DNA of 64,000 nucleotides, from assembly GCA_002633005.1 (NCBI GenBank), contig NMRA01000034.1, positions 407,696 through 471,695 on the forward strand, in the 5' to 3' direction. Below, piece by piece: positions 13,255 through 24,819 of the stretch. Below the pieces are notes generated by a model. It ran no database searches. It was not told where the DNA came from and was given only the letters and a program-made list of their open reading frames with translations. The translations under genes were made by a program, and so were the position numbers. The DNA is from Phoronis australis (Eukaryota; Animalia; Phoronida). Each line of letters starts with the position of its first letter. Position 1 is the first letter of the stretch.

Positions 13255-14504
13255 GGATTTGCCATAGAAGGAGTGGAGGAATGTAAGCCAAGCGCGAATG
13301 TCAGCACGGGATTTATATTGAGAACTATTTCAGCTGCGCAATTATATGTCCCTGTGCAAGTTGGTTGAGGAGACGTCAATGGTGTCAGCCATTTAAATGA
13401 ACACTTGTGAGTAGAACAAGACACAAAATAATGGCACACTTTAATGAGTTTGGCAGCAGTTGTCAAGAGGATCTTAGACATCATTAACCTAAATAAGCAG
13501 TCTCGTTTATTCGTTATTTACAGTTTTTCATTTGAATGTATAAACTAAAAATGGTCACTACATTGAATGTAACCAAAGTAAACTAATTCTCTATTTTCGT
13601 ATTAAAAGAAACACTTTGAACAATCTTACTGTACACTTTATATGGATCCCAAAATGAGGCTGAAGCTAACCAAGGTGACCTTACAGCTTAGAAATACGCT
13701 GATGTCACAGTTTTCTAAACAATTCTTTTGTCATGGTAGAGGGCGTTTTCTTGAAACCATCATAATTGTGTTCGATCCCAGACTATGATTTGGCTATACA
13801 TGTTTAGACAAACGTTCCACACGTGCTTGGTTAGGAACATTTATGTTAACAGGTCAAATACACAATTGAGTCATATGACCGTAGTTGGGTATTGCTTCCG
13901 TTCCTAGAATCCCATGTACAGTAGTCTGCACCCTGCATGTCTCTTTTTATTCTATTTGTTGTGATAGTGTGGGTTGTGACCTACGACCACTTCAGATAGG
14001 GACTGGGACTAATTCATATGTGAGAGTGGAGATAAAGCCAAGAGAAATAGATAGGGAACATCAGTCCCAAGACAGCACCAAAATACCCCTCCAACATTAA
14101 AGCTCCGTCAATAAGAGAAGAGAAAATAACTATGCATGTACTCAGGGTACCTATAAATAAATGCTCTTCAATTAAGTTTGCTTAACATTAACTGAGTATG
14201 GAATCACTAATTGGTAATTCATTTGTGTTTTGTTAGTGCATGTTCTAAATCATCGAGGGTATTTGATTTATTTTCCGTAGTGTGGGAACCATTATGGTGT
14301 AAACTGTCAAAACTACTGTCTAAAGCACGACCTCCCTATTTTTTCGAAATTCCATAGTTAGATTGGGGTTTATGTCTCTGACGAAAACACGAAATCTATG
14401 TGTAGAAATGTTTACAAAAATAATTGCTAATTGAGGAGAATTTCAACAGCACTTGGCCAAAATATGTCCACAGTTAAATCAGGTAAGAGAATTGTGCTAC
14501 ATGA

Positions 14505-15140
14505 ACTTTATTTATAGAGTATGAAATACAATAGATTTTAAAACACGCTTTAGCCAAAGGCTAATATACAGCATGATGCTCTCCCAGCAATAAATTAAAT
14601 TAAATAAATTAAGATAGATTAGATTAAGTTACATTAAGTTAATTCACTATTTTACAATATAAATTTACGAATTGAATTAAAAATAAATTAAAACTTTTAT
14701 ATGGTATATACAATGAAATAACTGAAAACGAAGGGAGGGACAGCTATGATGACCACATCCACAAGTAACTGATGAGTTTGGATCTGAAGTCATTATAACC
14801 ATCAGCTTCCTTTAGGCTATTTTGTAAGTCGTTCCACTGTAGAATGGTTTGAATAAAAATTACTTAAAATCAAAGTACAACAAAGGTCTGTGTCTAGGCA
14901 CAACAAAATTGATTGAGGAAGAAAATCTGACCCTGATTTGGAGGCTGTTTCGAACGAGTAATAAGTTACGAGATAAGTAAGCTAGTACATTGTTGTGAGA
15001 ACACTTATGCATCATACACAAACGCCTATATATAAAATATTTGTCAACAGGCAGCCACCCCAGTCTCTTAAACATATGAATTGGTGGAGTGTTAAAAGCC
15101 ACAACGAGAATAAGTCTGGCCGCCTGCTTCTGAGAAGGAT
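14505..15140 (-). mobile_element. L2/CR1-group LINE 3' fragment
   Basis: QKQAARLIL...MFKRLGWLPV...RRLCMMHK resembles the L2/CR1 ORF2 C-terminus; followed by an AT-rich 3' UTR ending TATAAATAAAG. Confidence 0.65.
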
Positions 15141-15781
15141 GGATAAAGCCTCGGACATGTGATGTCATATAAGTCCATGCTCCAACCATTCTACGAAGAG
15201 GTTGAATAAACAATAAAACCGAACTACCACCCCCCGCTGTTTTGTAATTTAAGATGTGACATGAGGCCCAATCACACCTTTCCAAGAAAAATGTCATACT
15301 TCATATATATTTATCTGGTAGTTTTATTTTAGTCACTTATTTTGTTTGTGGTCTTTTTAAATGTTTCCTTCGGATTGTGTCTTTTCTAACTTGTTACCGA
15401 TCTTGTTTTGTCCACTTTCAAATCAATATCATGAGTTTTAATTACAGTGCAAGTCAGACGGTTGGGATATTACATTACATATACATCACTTGCTTATAAA
15501 TCATGGACGCTTTGGGGCTTTCTCTGTCAAAATTGGTAGTCCATTGTTACTATCTTATTTCATTGTCAGAAGGTTGCTACTTATGTACCCGGAAAATGTG
15601 AATTTCAAGATTTTCTTTCCTTTTTCCACCAAATTTCGTTTTTCCATGCATTTTTCATTGAATTTGTAGTAGGAATGTGTATTCAGATTATTCAAAATAT
15701 TTTGTTACTTTGCATGACTTATTGATATAGAGCGTCTATATATGTAGCGCGCAATTCTGTATTTATGGTCAAGACCATGGG

Positions 15782-17050
15782 TAAACAGTGACATATAAAT
15801 TTCAGCAAACGTTGTCAGAAGTTGAAAAACGAGTTAAATCTAACATTGACCACATTCCTATATATGCTCGATATGTTAATGATATTTTCGTCTATTGTAA
15901 TTTTGATGATATGGTATCGCTTGACACTGTGCTTGAGGAACATTCATTATTGAAATTCACTCATGAAACACCTGTGAATGATAAGATACCATTTCTAGAT
16001 GTCCTTATATGTAACTCAGACACAAGATTCATCACATCAGTTTATCGCAAGCCTACTGACAAAGGTATTTGTCTCCATGCTGATAGTGACTTTCCTGAGC
16101 GTTATAAGATAGCTGTTTTAGACAATCTCTTAAAGAGAGCTCACACTATTTCGTCAGACTGGAAACTGTTCATTAGTGAAGTCCAACATGTAAAACAACT
16201 TCTAATAAATAATGGATACACAAATTCATTTGTGGATAAGCATATCGGTTTGTCTCAAAAGTTGAACAACATTATCATGTACAAACAATTACTGGTAATG
16301 TTAAAAAACTGTTCTACAAAAACTGCATGTTCAAAAGTTATGTACAAGATGAACAAGTCCTAAAGAACATAATCTATGTAAGAGTAATTAGTCCTAATTT
16401 CTAAACTAGATGTAATTATTTATTACAAGAATATGAAAACCTCTAATTTAGTGATGAGAAACAATATTAGTCGTGAGAAGGTCCGCACTGTTGGTAGATG
16501 TAATGTTGTTTATGACTGTCCCGCGGTTGAATGTTTTCGTCCACATCAGAAACAAAATTACATTGGACACACAGTGTGATCCTTGTCACGGCGACTTTCA
16601 ATGCATTTACAAAACGGTTCCATAAAAGACCATTTTTAAAATGTTCATGGTCGCAAAATAACTCGTCAGGAGATTGTCGACAATACTGTCATTAGATACG
16701 CTGAAAATGATGTACATAGGTTACGAACATTAGAGTCACTTCTAATAATGCTTGAAAAACCCAGTTTGAACGAGCAGCTAACTGGAACTCGTAGGACTCT
16801 TTCGTTATTTCGGTGATCTATAGATTCTGTTGCACAGCAACGTATGTATATTTATATATTTTTTATCGTCATAGTTGCGCATGCCAACTTCACGTGTTAT
16901 AGTGCATTTGTCATTTCTGATGTGCGTTTCATTGTGAAATAGTTGTAAATAGAAGCCTGAAGATGAGATATGTCTCTCGAAATATCGCTTTTTAAAATAT
17001 GTTACCTTCTGATGTCGTTTGGATTTTTGTTGCACTGTTGCGTTGTAAAG
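15782..17050 (+). mobile_element. Penelope-like element family 1 (5'-truncated, decayed)
   Basis: RT motifs YARYVNDIF, KFTHE, IPFLDV, TSVYRKPT, L..NGY; broken GIY-YIG domain CNVVY (~16500) / NYIGHT (~16556) / RRLSMH / LESLLI; hammerhead in the 3' pLTR. Confidence 0.88.
16953..16990 (+). ncRNA. Minimal type I hammerhead ribozyme (Penelope pLTR)
   Basis: AAGC-CTGAAGA-(GAGA TATG TCTC stem II)-CGAAA-TATC-GCTT: core CUGANGA/GAAA, stem I AAGC/GCTT, vestigial stem III typical of Penelope hammerheads. Confidence 0.65.
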
Positions 17051-17091
17051 ACAAGATCTTTATTTAGAGAGTTGGAAACAACTGAGATTAA

Positions 17092-17554
17092 TTAAATCAG
17101 TTTTGGCCACAATAAGATCAAAAACCGGACAATCGCCGCACATTGCATATTGTTCATGTGATTAAAAAAGGTGTTGACTGAGCTCTTGGATGAAAACACA
17201 ACAAATGTATCATCCACATACCTACGATAAAATTGTGGTTTACAGTCCGGTGGACAACTAGCCAGAGCCTCAATCTCGAGATTGCACATGAAAATATTAG
17301 CTAACACTGGTCCCAGGGGTGAGCCCATGGCTACTCAGAGCTCTGTAACCCTGCAGCTATGGTGATGACCAGCTACTGACCATATTCTATGTACATGTAT
17401 CTCTCACTTCACTCTATGGATGTTACCTGAGCTGTATGTTGGCACTTGTTGTCCTAAATTGTTGTAAATATGATCCTGATGATGTCTTATGAAAAGACGA
17501 AACGTTGAATTGAACATGAACTTTTTTATTTGTGCTGCGATTGTCCGGTTTTTG
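17092..17554 (-). mobile_element. Internally deleted mini-Penelope (family 2)
   Basis: Reverse-complement match to 23527-23889 fused to 24879-24931; flanked by a 12-bp TSD AACTGAGATTAA (17080-17091 and 17555-17566). Confidence 0.88.
17472..17510 (+). ncRNA. Hammerhead ribozyme in inverted pLTR
   Basis: CTGATGA-T-GTCTT-ATGAA-AAGAC-GAAA-CGTT, identical to the motif at 24824-24854. Confidence 0.75.
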
Positions 17555-18039
17555 AACTGAGATTAAACTAGTAAAAACAGATCAAAGTCGTGTTTCAAAT
17601 GAAATATGTATACGAGAAAGATTACTGCCAAATTATAGTTATATATATATATATATAATTAAGAGTTAAGTAGTTCTGATGGACAAACGACAGGGTTGTC
17701 CAAAAAGCCTCACCTAAAAGCTGACAGGTTTTCAAAGACTTCAAGTTACACACTGCAACTAGCACAACAAGGCACAGTTATTATTATAAAAATCCCACAA
17801 CTGGTAAAAGACATGTGGTGAATCACTTCGCATGCACGCCTAGGAGATTACAAATTTTGGTAAACAACCAATATGTTTAATTAATTATTCACCAGCCAAT
17901 AAAATTTCATAAGGTTGTGTTTAACTAGACTAAGTATCTACAGCATCAAAAAATGTCACCAACATATATAGACGCTCTAAATCCACGGTCATCCATATCT
18001 ATACATTTATATATATGTGAAGTGCATGGGAAGTGATTC

Positions 18040-18739
18040 ACCATATATATTGAATTTGTTTTTAACAGTGTCATTAGTTATAAATCCTGTTTCAAATATT
18101 TAGGCTGTATTCTGGATCAACACCTTGACTTCAAAGACATGCTGTTAGTGGGGTGAGACTCGACCGGAAACAGATTTAAATTCAATGTGTTGCGTCTCTG
18201 GAACATATTAGTGACCACAGGTGATGATAGTTTACTGAAAAGGTATTTGTATGGGAGAACTCTGTTGGTAAAAATGGTTGGAAAGACAAAAATTTGTTTA
18301 ATATAATTGGCATGCAATCTTGTTTTCAAAATTTGACTACTTGTAACATAGCAGATGCTAGAAACAAACTATTTGAATACTCGAAACATGTTTGGGCTGA
18401 GTCTGTTGTAACAAATTCCAAGTTAAGAACCCTCATTTTATTTAAGCCCAATTTTTAATTGAGCTGTGCCAGTGTGTGAAGCTTAATTCATCTCGTTCCG
18501 AGCGACCTCTTTTCACTCAATTTATAGCATGAAATCTGACTTGGAAACTGGTCTTTACGTAAACACTCCTGTAAGTGAAAGACTTTGCTTGTGCTGTGAT
18601 TCTGATTCTGTGGAGGATGAGCTACATTTTGTGTTTGATTATTCTCTATAAAGCTCACGGAGGTCTATACATGTACTATTTAATAGTGTTTCACTACAAG
18701 TCCTGAAATTTGCAGATTTCAGAAGATTAGATACGTTAA
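18040..18739 (+). mobile_element. RTE-X-like LINE 3' fragment, part 1 (interrupted)
   Basis: Decayed frames give FKYLGCILDQHLDF, LWNIL and LETGLYVNTPVSERLCLCCDSDSVEDELHFVFD, homologous to ORF 45396-46217. Confidence 0.75.
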
Positions 18740-20185
18740 AGGAGCATGTCACCCAAAAAACAACCTAATTTGTATCAATTTAGATCGATTATTTCTACTC
18801 GATAACGGCACGTGCGGTTGCGTTACCTGACACCTGACGGCAGACGGAGGTGTTGAAATTATCCAATGACGTAATTGGTTTCACACGCAGTCTGTTCAGC
18901 AGTTCACAACACGGGTTACTGGTGTTAGCTTATCGCTTGAATTCATCGTTTAACACCAATAAATCATAAAACCCTTAAAATACACCGAGTTCTTATAAAA
19001 ACGTTTTGTTTTATTTCGCTGTTACGGATTTATTGGTATTTGGACACACCGTAGCCTACAGAGTTCGGTAGGCAAGGTCCGTAACAGGAGTTTGGGGTCT
19101 GTTCGGAGATTAATTCGAAGTACTTTTCAGTGAGATACAGACAGGAGAACCTAGATTTGTGTTATTTAGACAAAACGTTTGTTCTCCCGGCCAGTGGCTC
19201 GGAAACCGATCAGGCCCGTCGCGGCCGGCGGGACTGAAGACATCACGAACATAAACCAGCCAAAGTTGGAAACTAAGCTTCCAGTCAAGAAGATACTATA
19301 CTAGTGAGCCAAACAAGTAATGTTCCATGATTATGTTGGTGAATTAGCCACGAAACTGTAAATCTACTTACTCGATCGTCGGGGGCCGCGAATTCAGGTT
19401 CCACTTTGGCAACAGAGCCGTCAGGGTAGAAGTTGTACATTGAAAATCATTTGAATAATGTAAATGTAAATAAAGATTCCCCTAACACCTGACCGTAGGA
19501 TAGAAATCGAGTTGTTTCACAACAGTTTCTGTCAGCAAACACTGAATTAGAATGACCTCACACGGCCTTGGTGTCCCGTCAATTAAGTTTATTGCACCTA
19601 AAGCCGGAAACTCAGTGATTTATTCATTGCTGGCTTCTCAAATCATTTGCACTCACGAGCACTCCAAAGGCATTACAAATTGCATCTAATGAGACAGATC
19701 TTGTTTAAGATTTATATTGGCTAGGGTAGGAATGATTCATTTCGAAACAGAACGCTCAGTAATAAACGCCAACTTGGCAACATACATTATAGACAACAGA
19801 TTCGCAACTCCGGCATATTCTTACGTGATGAGCTGAACTCTCCTGACCTTTCTGGTGCAGTTTCCGGTTAGTGTATTTTGACGAGAAATACTTGCATCTA
19901 CTTTACTGTCCAAAACAAAAAATATTAATTTCGGCATTGAAACGCTTTTCAAAGTCCTTCAATAGTAGAAGTGATGGTATTGTGAGTACTTTTGGCAATG
20001 CTACTGGTAATTTATTACAAAATTCAAACTTCGGTGCCGACTGATTATGTCGTCTGCTTGCCCAATAGCAGCAGTTATCGGACAGTTTTTGATTTATGGT
20101 TCACATAGGCCTACTGAGAAAACTACGAAAGCATGTTTATAAATCAACATTCTCAAGTGAGCAGTTCTTCTAGGAAGTGTTGAGT

Positions 20186-20201
20186 GGCCCTTAAAAGGGC
20201 C
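20186..20201 (-). terminator. Histone-mRNA-type 3' stem-loop (distal, canonical)
   Basis: Minus strand CAACCAAC-GGCCCT-TTTA-AGGGCC-ACTCA, then purine-rich AGAAGAA starting ~14 nt after the stem (histone downstream element position). Confidence 0.75.
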
Positions 20202-20226
20202 GTTGGTTGTAGGTATAGCGTGAAAT

Positions 20227-20242
20227 GATTCTTAAAAGAACC
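20227..20242 (-). terminator. Histone-mRNA-type 3' stem-loop (proximal, one G-U pair)
   Basis: Minus strand TTCAAC-GGTTCT-TTTA-AGAATC-ATTTCA, 10 nt after the TGA at 20255-20253. Confidence 0.6.
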
Positions 20243-20252
20243 GTTGAATAAT

Positions 20253-20507
20253 TCAACATAAATCACACAGTATACCATGCTCACTCAAGTACTGAAGGTC
20301 CTCTTCATTCAAGTTTTCATCTGGGAAGGTTGGAAGAAAACAGAGGAGATGACAATATCGATGACAGTTGTAACACCTTATATAAATGTTACCGTTCTCC
20401 AACGTTATCACGAACCCTGCCTTTTTCAGTTCTTGTTCCTGTGTTCCTGGATTCAGAAGTAGCCCTGAACCATAGGGAAAAAAAGACATACTACGAAAAC
20501 GAATCAA
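20253..20507 (-). CDS. PHD-finger-like C-terminal segment within the Kolobok-like element
   Basis: CYNC-HRYC-H-LL-C ... CDLC* fits C-x2-C-x4-H-x2-C...C-x2-C, the last six ligands of a PHD finger; the first Cys pair is not evident; true start unknown. Confidence 0.55.
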   Translation of the reverse strand: MIRFRSMSFFPYGSGLLLNPGTQEQELKKAGFVITLENGNIYIRCYNCHRYCHLLCFLPTFPDENLNEEDLQYLSEHGILCDLC

Positions 20508-20976
20508 ATTTTGAAAATCATCGCCTTCGTGCGATTCCGTATTGCTGTCGCCAGACTGATGTTCCTCCCCAACATCAATGTCAAAAATCGACGTTACAAG
20601 TGATGGAAACTTGTGTCCTTTGTTTCTAACTTTTAACCCATTTTTTAAGAAAGTGGTGTACTGATTTTGTCTAACGTTTAAAGACTGAGCATAACTTTTG
20701 GTTTTTACAATGCATTAATTGTGTTGAATGCATTCATATTAGGTGGCTTCATTGAGTTGAACAGAAAATAAACTAAATGTAACACAATAAAATTTTGAAA
20801 ATAAATAGAACAGTAAAACAGGACTCCCTAAAAATCGAGCTGTTATCGAAAACTTTGCGCCATTGGTGATCTGATTGGTTCATGCATTTACGGCGGGAAA
20901 ATAATAGACCAAGTATCGTGCACGTGTGCATTGTAGCAACACTTTGTATCTTATTCTTATTTGGCCAATCTGTTGA

Positions 20977-21688
20977 TACAGTAAATTTCCTTATTTATCC
21001 CCATCCTGATTTGACTGCAACTTGAGCTAGTTGGGTTCTATCATATATTGAGTTGGCATTGGGACCCACATGGTGCTTACTCGAATGGGCTTCATTTTAC
21101 CAAGTATTTCAAATTGAGGAGAAGTTAATAAACAAAGCGGGTGATTATCATCGCCAGAATTTCATCATTAGTATCTTTTGTCGGGTGCTCAAATTTTCTG
21201 AGTCTAGGGATTGTCAGATTTGTAAGGTAGAAGTGTTTTGCTGCATTTCCATGTCTGTGGCGTTATTTATACCGGACCAAAATTAAAAAACAGACCTTTG
21301 TTTAAATCAGGAGCTGCACGATACACATTTATTAGACGTGCGTAGGCATTGCACTGGTCACTTGGAACCATTTTTATGGTTCATTAATATATAGTTAAAC
21401 TAAGCTGAGGAGCTTGAAACCTGATTCACGGCAATTTTTGACAGTGGTATTTTCTGAAAAATGCTCGGAAGTTGACAACAAAGTTTGATAGCAATGCACT
21501 GCAGTTTTGTAGAAACTCTGTTCATAGGTTACAGATGCGTCACAGAGCGTTACTTTGATGAATTCTAGCTTACGATTTCACCTGTTTCGGTGACCGGGTT
21601 TCAACCACTTTTGGGCTATAATAAGCACCCCCTTCCTGAAGCGGATTTTTCTAAGCACCCTGGCCGCTTATTAGGGCGCATACGGTAA
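20977..21688. mobile_element. Possible TA-flanked Tc1/mariner-type MITE nested in the Kolobok-like element
   Basis: Ends TACAGTAAATTTCCTTATT ... TTATTAGGGCGCATACGGTA; only weak TIR match. Confidence 0.3.
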
Positions 21689-22329
21689 TATTTCAGAAGA
21701 CCAATACTTAGTATCCTTTATGCACGGGACCCTTTTGTTACTTTAGGAGTGGGATTGGCTCATTATGTACCCTACAGGTGGCATAGGACTTTACAAAACT
21801 GGTTGAAGAATTTTGTTTTCGTCATAAACGTTCGTTTGAATGGCTTAAGTTTAGAAATGTTAGGACTTAAGGCGGAAATTTAAAAAAACATATGTCCGCT
21901 TACAAAAAATTTAACATTGAAGAATAAAAACAACCTTTACACCCCTCTGGTGTTCCTGCTCCATGTTTTCAAAGAAGTTGGTTGCATTTTCATAGAATGC
22001 AGTCGAGAGATTTTGTGCGGCATATATTCGACATGAAGGTTTTACCAACGTTCTATTTATTTGTAAACGAATGTGAATTTCTTGAAATCGCTGATCCAAA
22101 TCCTGGCCAAATGTGCGCATTCTGCTGAGACCAACCGTCAGATCAGGGCCAGCGAAGAGTAATTTGGTTAATTCGCTCACTAGGCTATGGCTGAACTTCC
22201 TCGTAAGGACAAGAGTTTACGAGTCACTACCTTTGGAAGAAATTTAGAGGATAATTTTCGTCAAAAAGTTTACCAGATAGTTTTCATCAAAAAGAAGAAA
22301 ACAAAAATGGATTTGTGAAGACAGGATTA

Positions 22330-22545
22330 AGTAGTAGAGTCTCTTAAAAACATTCATCTTCGAAGTGCCTAAGTTGCCTTGAACAAATGTATAAAGTCAT
22401 TGCTGAAACAACTGCCATTCACGTTGACACAAGAAGTAAGGTTTTCTTCCCACAGCCGATTATGGGGTCATCGGATGGTATGGAAGCTAATTCCTTTGCA
22501 TTTCGCGTGTGTGGCCGAACAACCGGCCACACAGTAGCCGACCAT
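22330..22545 (-). pseudogene. THAP domain remnant 2 (not in ORF track)
   Basis: Manual translation from ATG 22545: MVGYCVAGCSATHAKCKGISFHTIR*..LWEEN... then, after a frameshift, RHFEDECF. Confidence 0.65.
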
Positions 22546-22869
22546 GTTTAGCAGACGACGTACTTGCCAGAAATTGCACCAGAAAATTTAGCCAGGTGTC
22601 GCCAGTGAATAATGACGTAAGGGCTTGTGCGTAAGCTCACAGATTTCGTCCATTGAAAGTATACGGAGTTGGCAACTCGTAATCCCGACTTAGACGAGAG
22701 CTCATCCCGACGAAGACTTCGCAGGTGGATCGTTAAGTTTCACAGGCTATCAGTTCGAACCGGAATACAAAGAAATACTAGAGAGGCGACGTGAACAAGC
22801 TCAGACAACGGAACGTATGGATAGCTTTTGGTAAGCCAGCATTCGCCAGGCACTGTCGACGACTGCAGG

Positions 22870-23048
22870 CCATAGACACGGAGATGTTTCACGGCCTCAT
22901 ACTTGCTATTTACAGCATACTTTTCATTCTTCACTTCTGCGAGCCATTTTCTAAGCATTTCGAATTCTCGAGGAAGTCGAAAAATCGATATGCCCGCTTT
23001 CGTCGCAGCTGCATTGTTCGGACAAGCGGGAACGATGCACCGCAACAT
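22870..23048 (-). pseudogene. THAP domain remnant 1
   Basis: MLRCIVPACPNN...ISIFRLPREFEMLRKWLAEV...HLRV: C-x4-C, F-x-x-P and W of THAP; the CxxHF part is lost. Confidence 0.75.
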
Positions 23049-23220
23049 AGCGGCATTCACTCTGCAAATGAACTACTGACGTCGCCTCGTCGTTTCTCAC
23101 CTTCCTCACAGCTTAACGGGACACCTCTCCGCAAAGTTAGGTCGACCGTGTGCGAGGCGATGTGGATATAGACCGATTAAGACGGCAAAACAGACTAATT
23201 AAATAGGGTGGCATTTTTCT

Positions 23221-23429
23221 TTAAAACTGCTGTTTCAATATTTCCCTAAGCAGTTCGCCAAATATATCAAGTCTGCTTTTGAACGTAGAAACTGTTGCAT
23301 TTATGGTATAGCTGAGTTGTGTGACTACTATGCCCAACAGGACTGCGTTCTTATTTTTCTTACGAATGTTATACTTATAACCGTTTGAATTAATTGTATT
23401 TGCCACTATAATAAATAAATACAATACAA
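23221..23429 (+). mobile_element. RTE-X-like LINE 3' fragment, part 2 and tail
   Basis: LKLLFQYFPKQFAKYIKSAFERRN aligns with LPQIFQNNLKGLAKFIQDALQVRSN (46xxx); tail CACTATAATAAATAAATACA is shared with 46358-46377. Confidence 0.78.
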
Positions 23430-23704
23430 TATAGTGTCTATATATATAACGCGCTATTCTATATTTATGATCATGACCATGGATGATCTAGAGTGTCTAT
23501 ATCAGTAGCGCGCTATTCAATATTTTCAATTCAACGTTTCGTCTTTTCATAAGACATCATCAGGATCATATTTACAACAATTTAGGACAACAAGTGCCAA
23601 CATACAGCTCAGGTAACATCCATGGAGTGAAGTGAGAGATACATAGAATATGGTCAGTAGCTGGTCATCACCATAGCTGCAGGGTTACAGAGCTCTGAGT
23701 AGCC

Positions 23705-24673
23705 ATGGGTTCACCCCTGGGACCAGTGTTAGCTAATATTTTCCTGTGCAATCCCGAGATTGAGGCTCTGGCTAGTTGTCCACCGGACTGTAAACCACAA
23801 TTTTATCGTAGGTATGTGGATGATACATTTGTTGTGTTTTCATCCAAGAGCTCAGTCAACACCTTTTTTAGTCACATGATCAATATGCATCCGTCCATCA
23901 ACTTCACCATTGAATCTGAGCGCGAGTCGTGTTTACCTTTTCTAGATGTCTTGGTTAAACGTGATAATAGCACCGTTGTTATATCTGTGTATCGTAAGCC
24001 CAGTTTTTCTGAGCTCTATCTTAAATTTGATAGTTTTGTGCCTATCCAGTACAAGAGAGGTCTAGTCAATTGCTTGTTACACCGTGCCTGGAGAATCTGC
24101 TCCACCAATTTAAATTTTGATAGTGACGTAGCTATGATTTTCCAGTTATTGCGTTCCAATGGTTACCCTCTGAATTTTCTGAATAGCTGTAAAAGGAACT
24201 TTCTTTCAAAAATGAATGAGGCAGATAAGATAGCTGTTATTGGACCCGAGAAAAAGAAAGTTTTCTTTTCTCTTGGTTACACCGGGCCAAGTAGTATAAA
24301 ATTGAAACGCCAATTATCTCGCCTTATTCACTCCATAGACCCAGCAGTTGAACTGATTGTTGTTTTCAAACCCCTTCGGAAACTTTCCAATATCCTGTGT
24401 AAACTGAAGTCACCCACCCCTTTATTGAACAAGAGCAATGTTGTGTATAAGGTTGAATGTGACAACTGTAATGAATTCTATATAGGACTCACACAGAGAC
24501 GCCTCTGTGACAGGCTGAAAGAACATCACACCTCAGAGAAAAGTAACGTATATAGGCATTGTATTAGCTACAATCACCAAGCCAACTCTGTTAGTATTAT
24601 CTGCAGAGAACCCAATAAGGAGTTACTGTACATTAAAGAGTCAATTGGCCATTCAGAACCAGCATGCCACTGA
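23705..24673 (+). CDS. Penelope RT (motifs 4-7, thumb) plus GIY-YIG endonuclease, 5'-truncated
   Basis: MGSPLGPVLANIF, YRRYVDDTF, FTIESE, LPFLDV, SVYRKP, L..NGYP; NVVYKVECDNCNEFYIGLTQRRL..RLKEH, IKES. Confidence 0.93.
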   Translation: MGSPLGPVLANIFLCNPEIEALASCPPDCKPQFYRRYVDDTFVVFSSKSSVNTFFSHMINMHPSINFTIESERESCLPFLDVLVKRDNSTVVISVYRKPSFSELYLKFDSFVPIQYKRGLVNCLLHRAWRICSTNLNFDSDVAMIFQLLRSNGYPLNFLNSCKRNFLSKMNEADKIAVIGPEKKKVFFSLGYTGPSSIKLKRQLSRLIHSIDPAVELIVVFKPLRKLSNILCKLKSPTPLLNKSNVVYKVECDNCNEFYIGLTQRRLCDRLKEHHTSEKSNVYRHCISYNHQANSVSIICREPNKELLYIKESIGHSEPACH

Positions 24674-24819
24674 TTCTCTGAATAACATGCAGAGCTCTGT
24701 GGCCCTGCAGCTATGGTGATGACCAGCTACTGACCATATTCTATGTATCTCTCACTTCACTCTATGGATGTTACCTGAGCTGTATGTTGGCACTTGTTGT
24801 CCTAAATTGTTGTAAATAT

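Larger units (their letters stand above)
10378..13315 (-). mobile_element. 5'-truncated Ngaro/DIRS-type tyrosine-recombinase retrotransposon
   Basis: RNase H ORF, overlapping YR ORF and 3' split direct repeats (B1-A2-B2); homology stops near 13315 (ADIRAWLTFLHSFYG), so gag and RT are missing. Confidence 0.88.
18740..23220 (-). mobile_element. Kolobok-like DNA transposon (decayed)
   Basis: TTAA TSDs (18736-18739, 23221-23224); imperfect TIRs AGGAGCATGTCACCC / GGGTGGCATTTTTCT (11/15); THAP remnants inside; removing it restores the interrupted LINE frame (DT-LK-LLFQYFPKQFAKYI). Confidence 0.8.

Noticed and set aside
20100-20260. Histone gene or pseudogene as the source of the stem-loops
   Set aside because: The upstream sense sequence encodes a Cys/His cluster, not a basic histone fold; no histone ORF is seen in the window.
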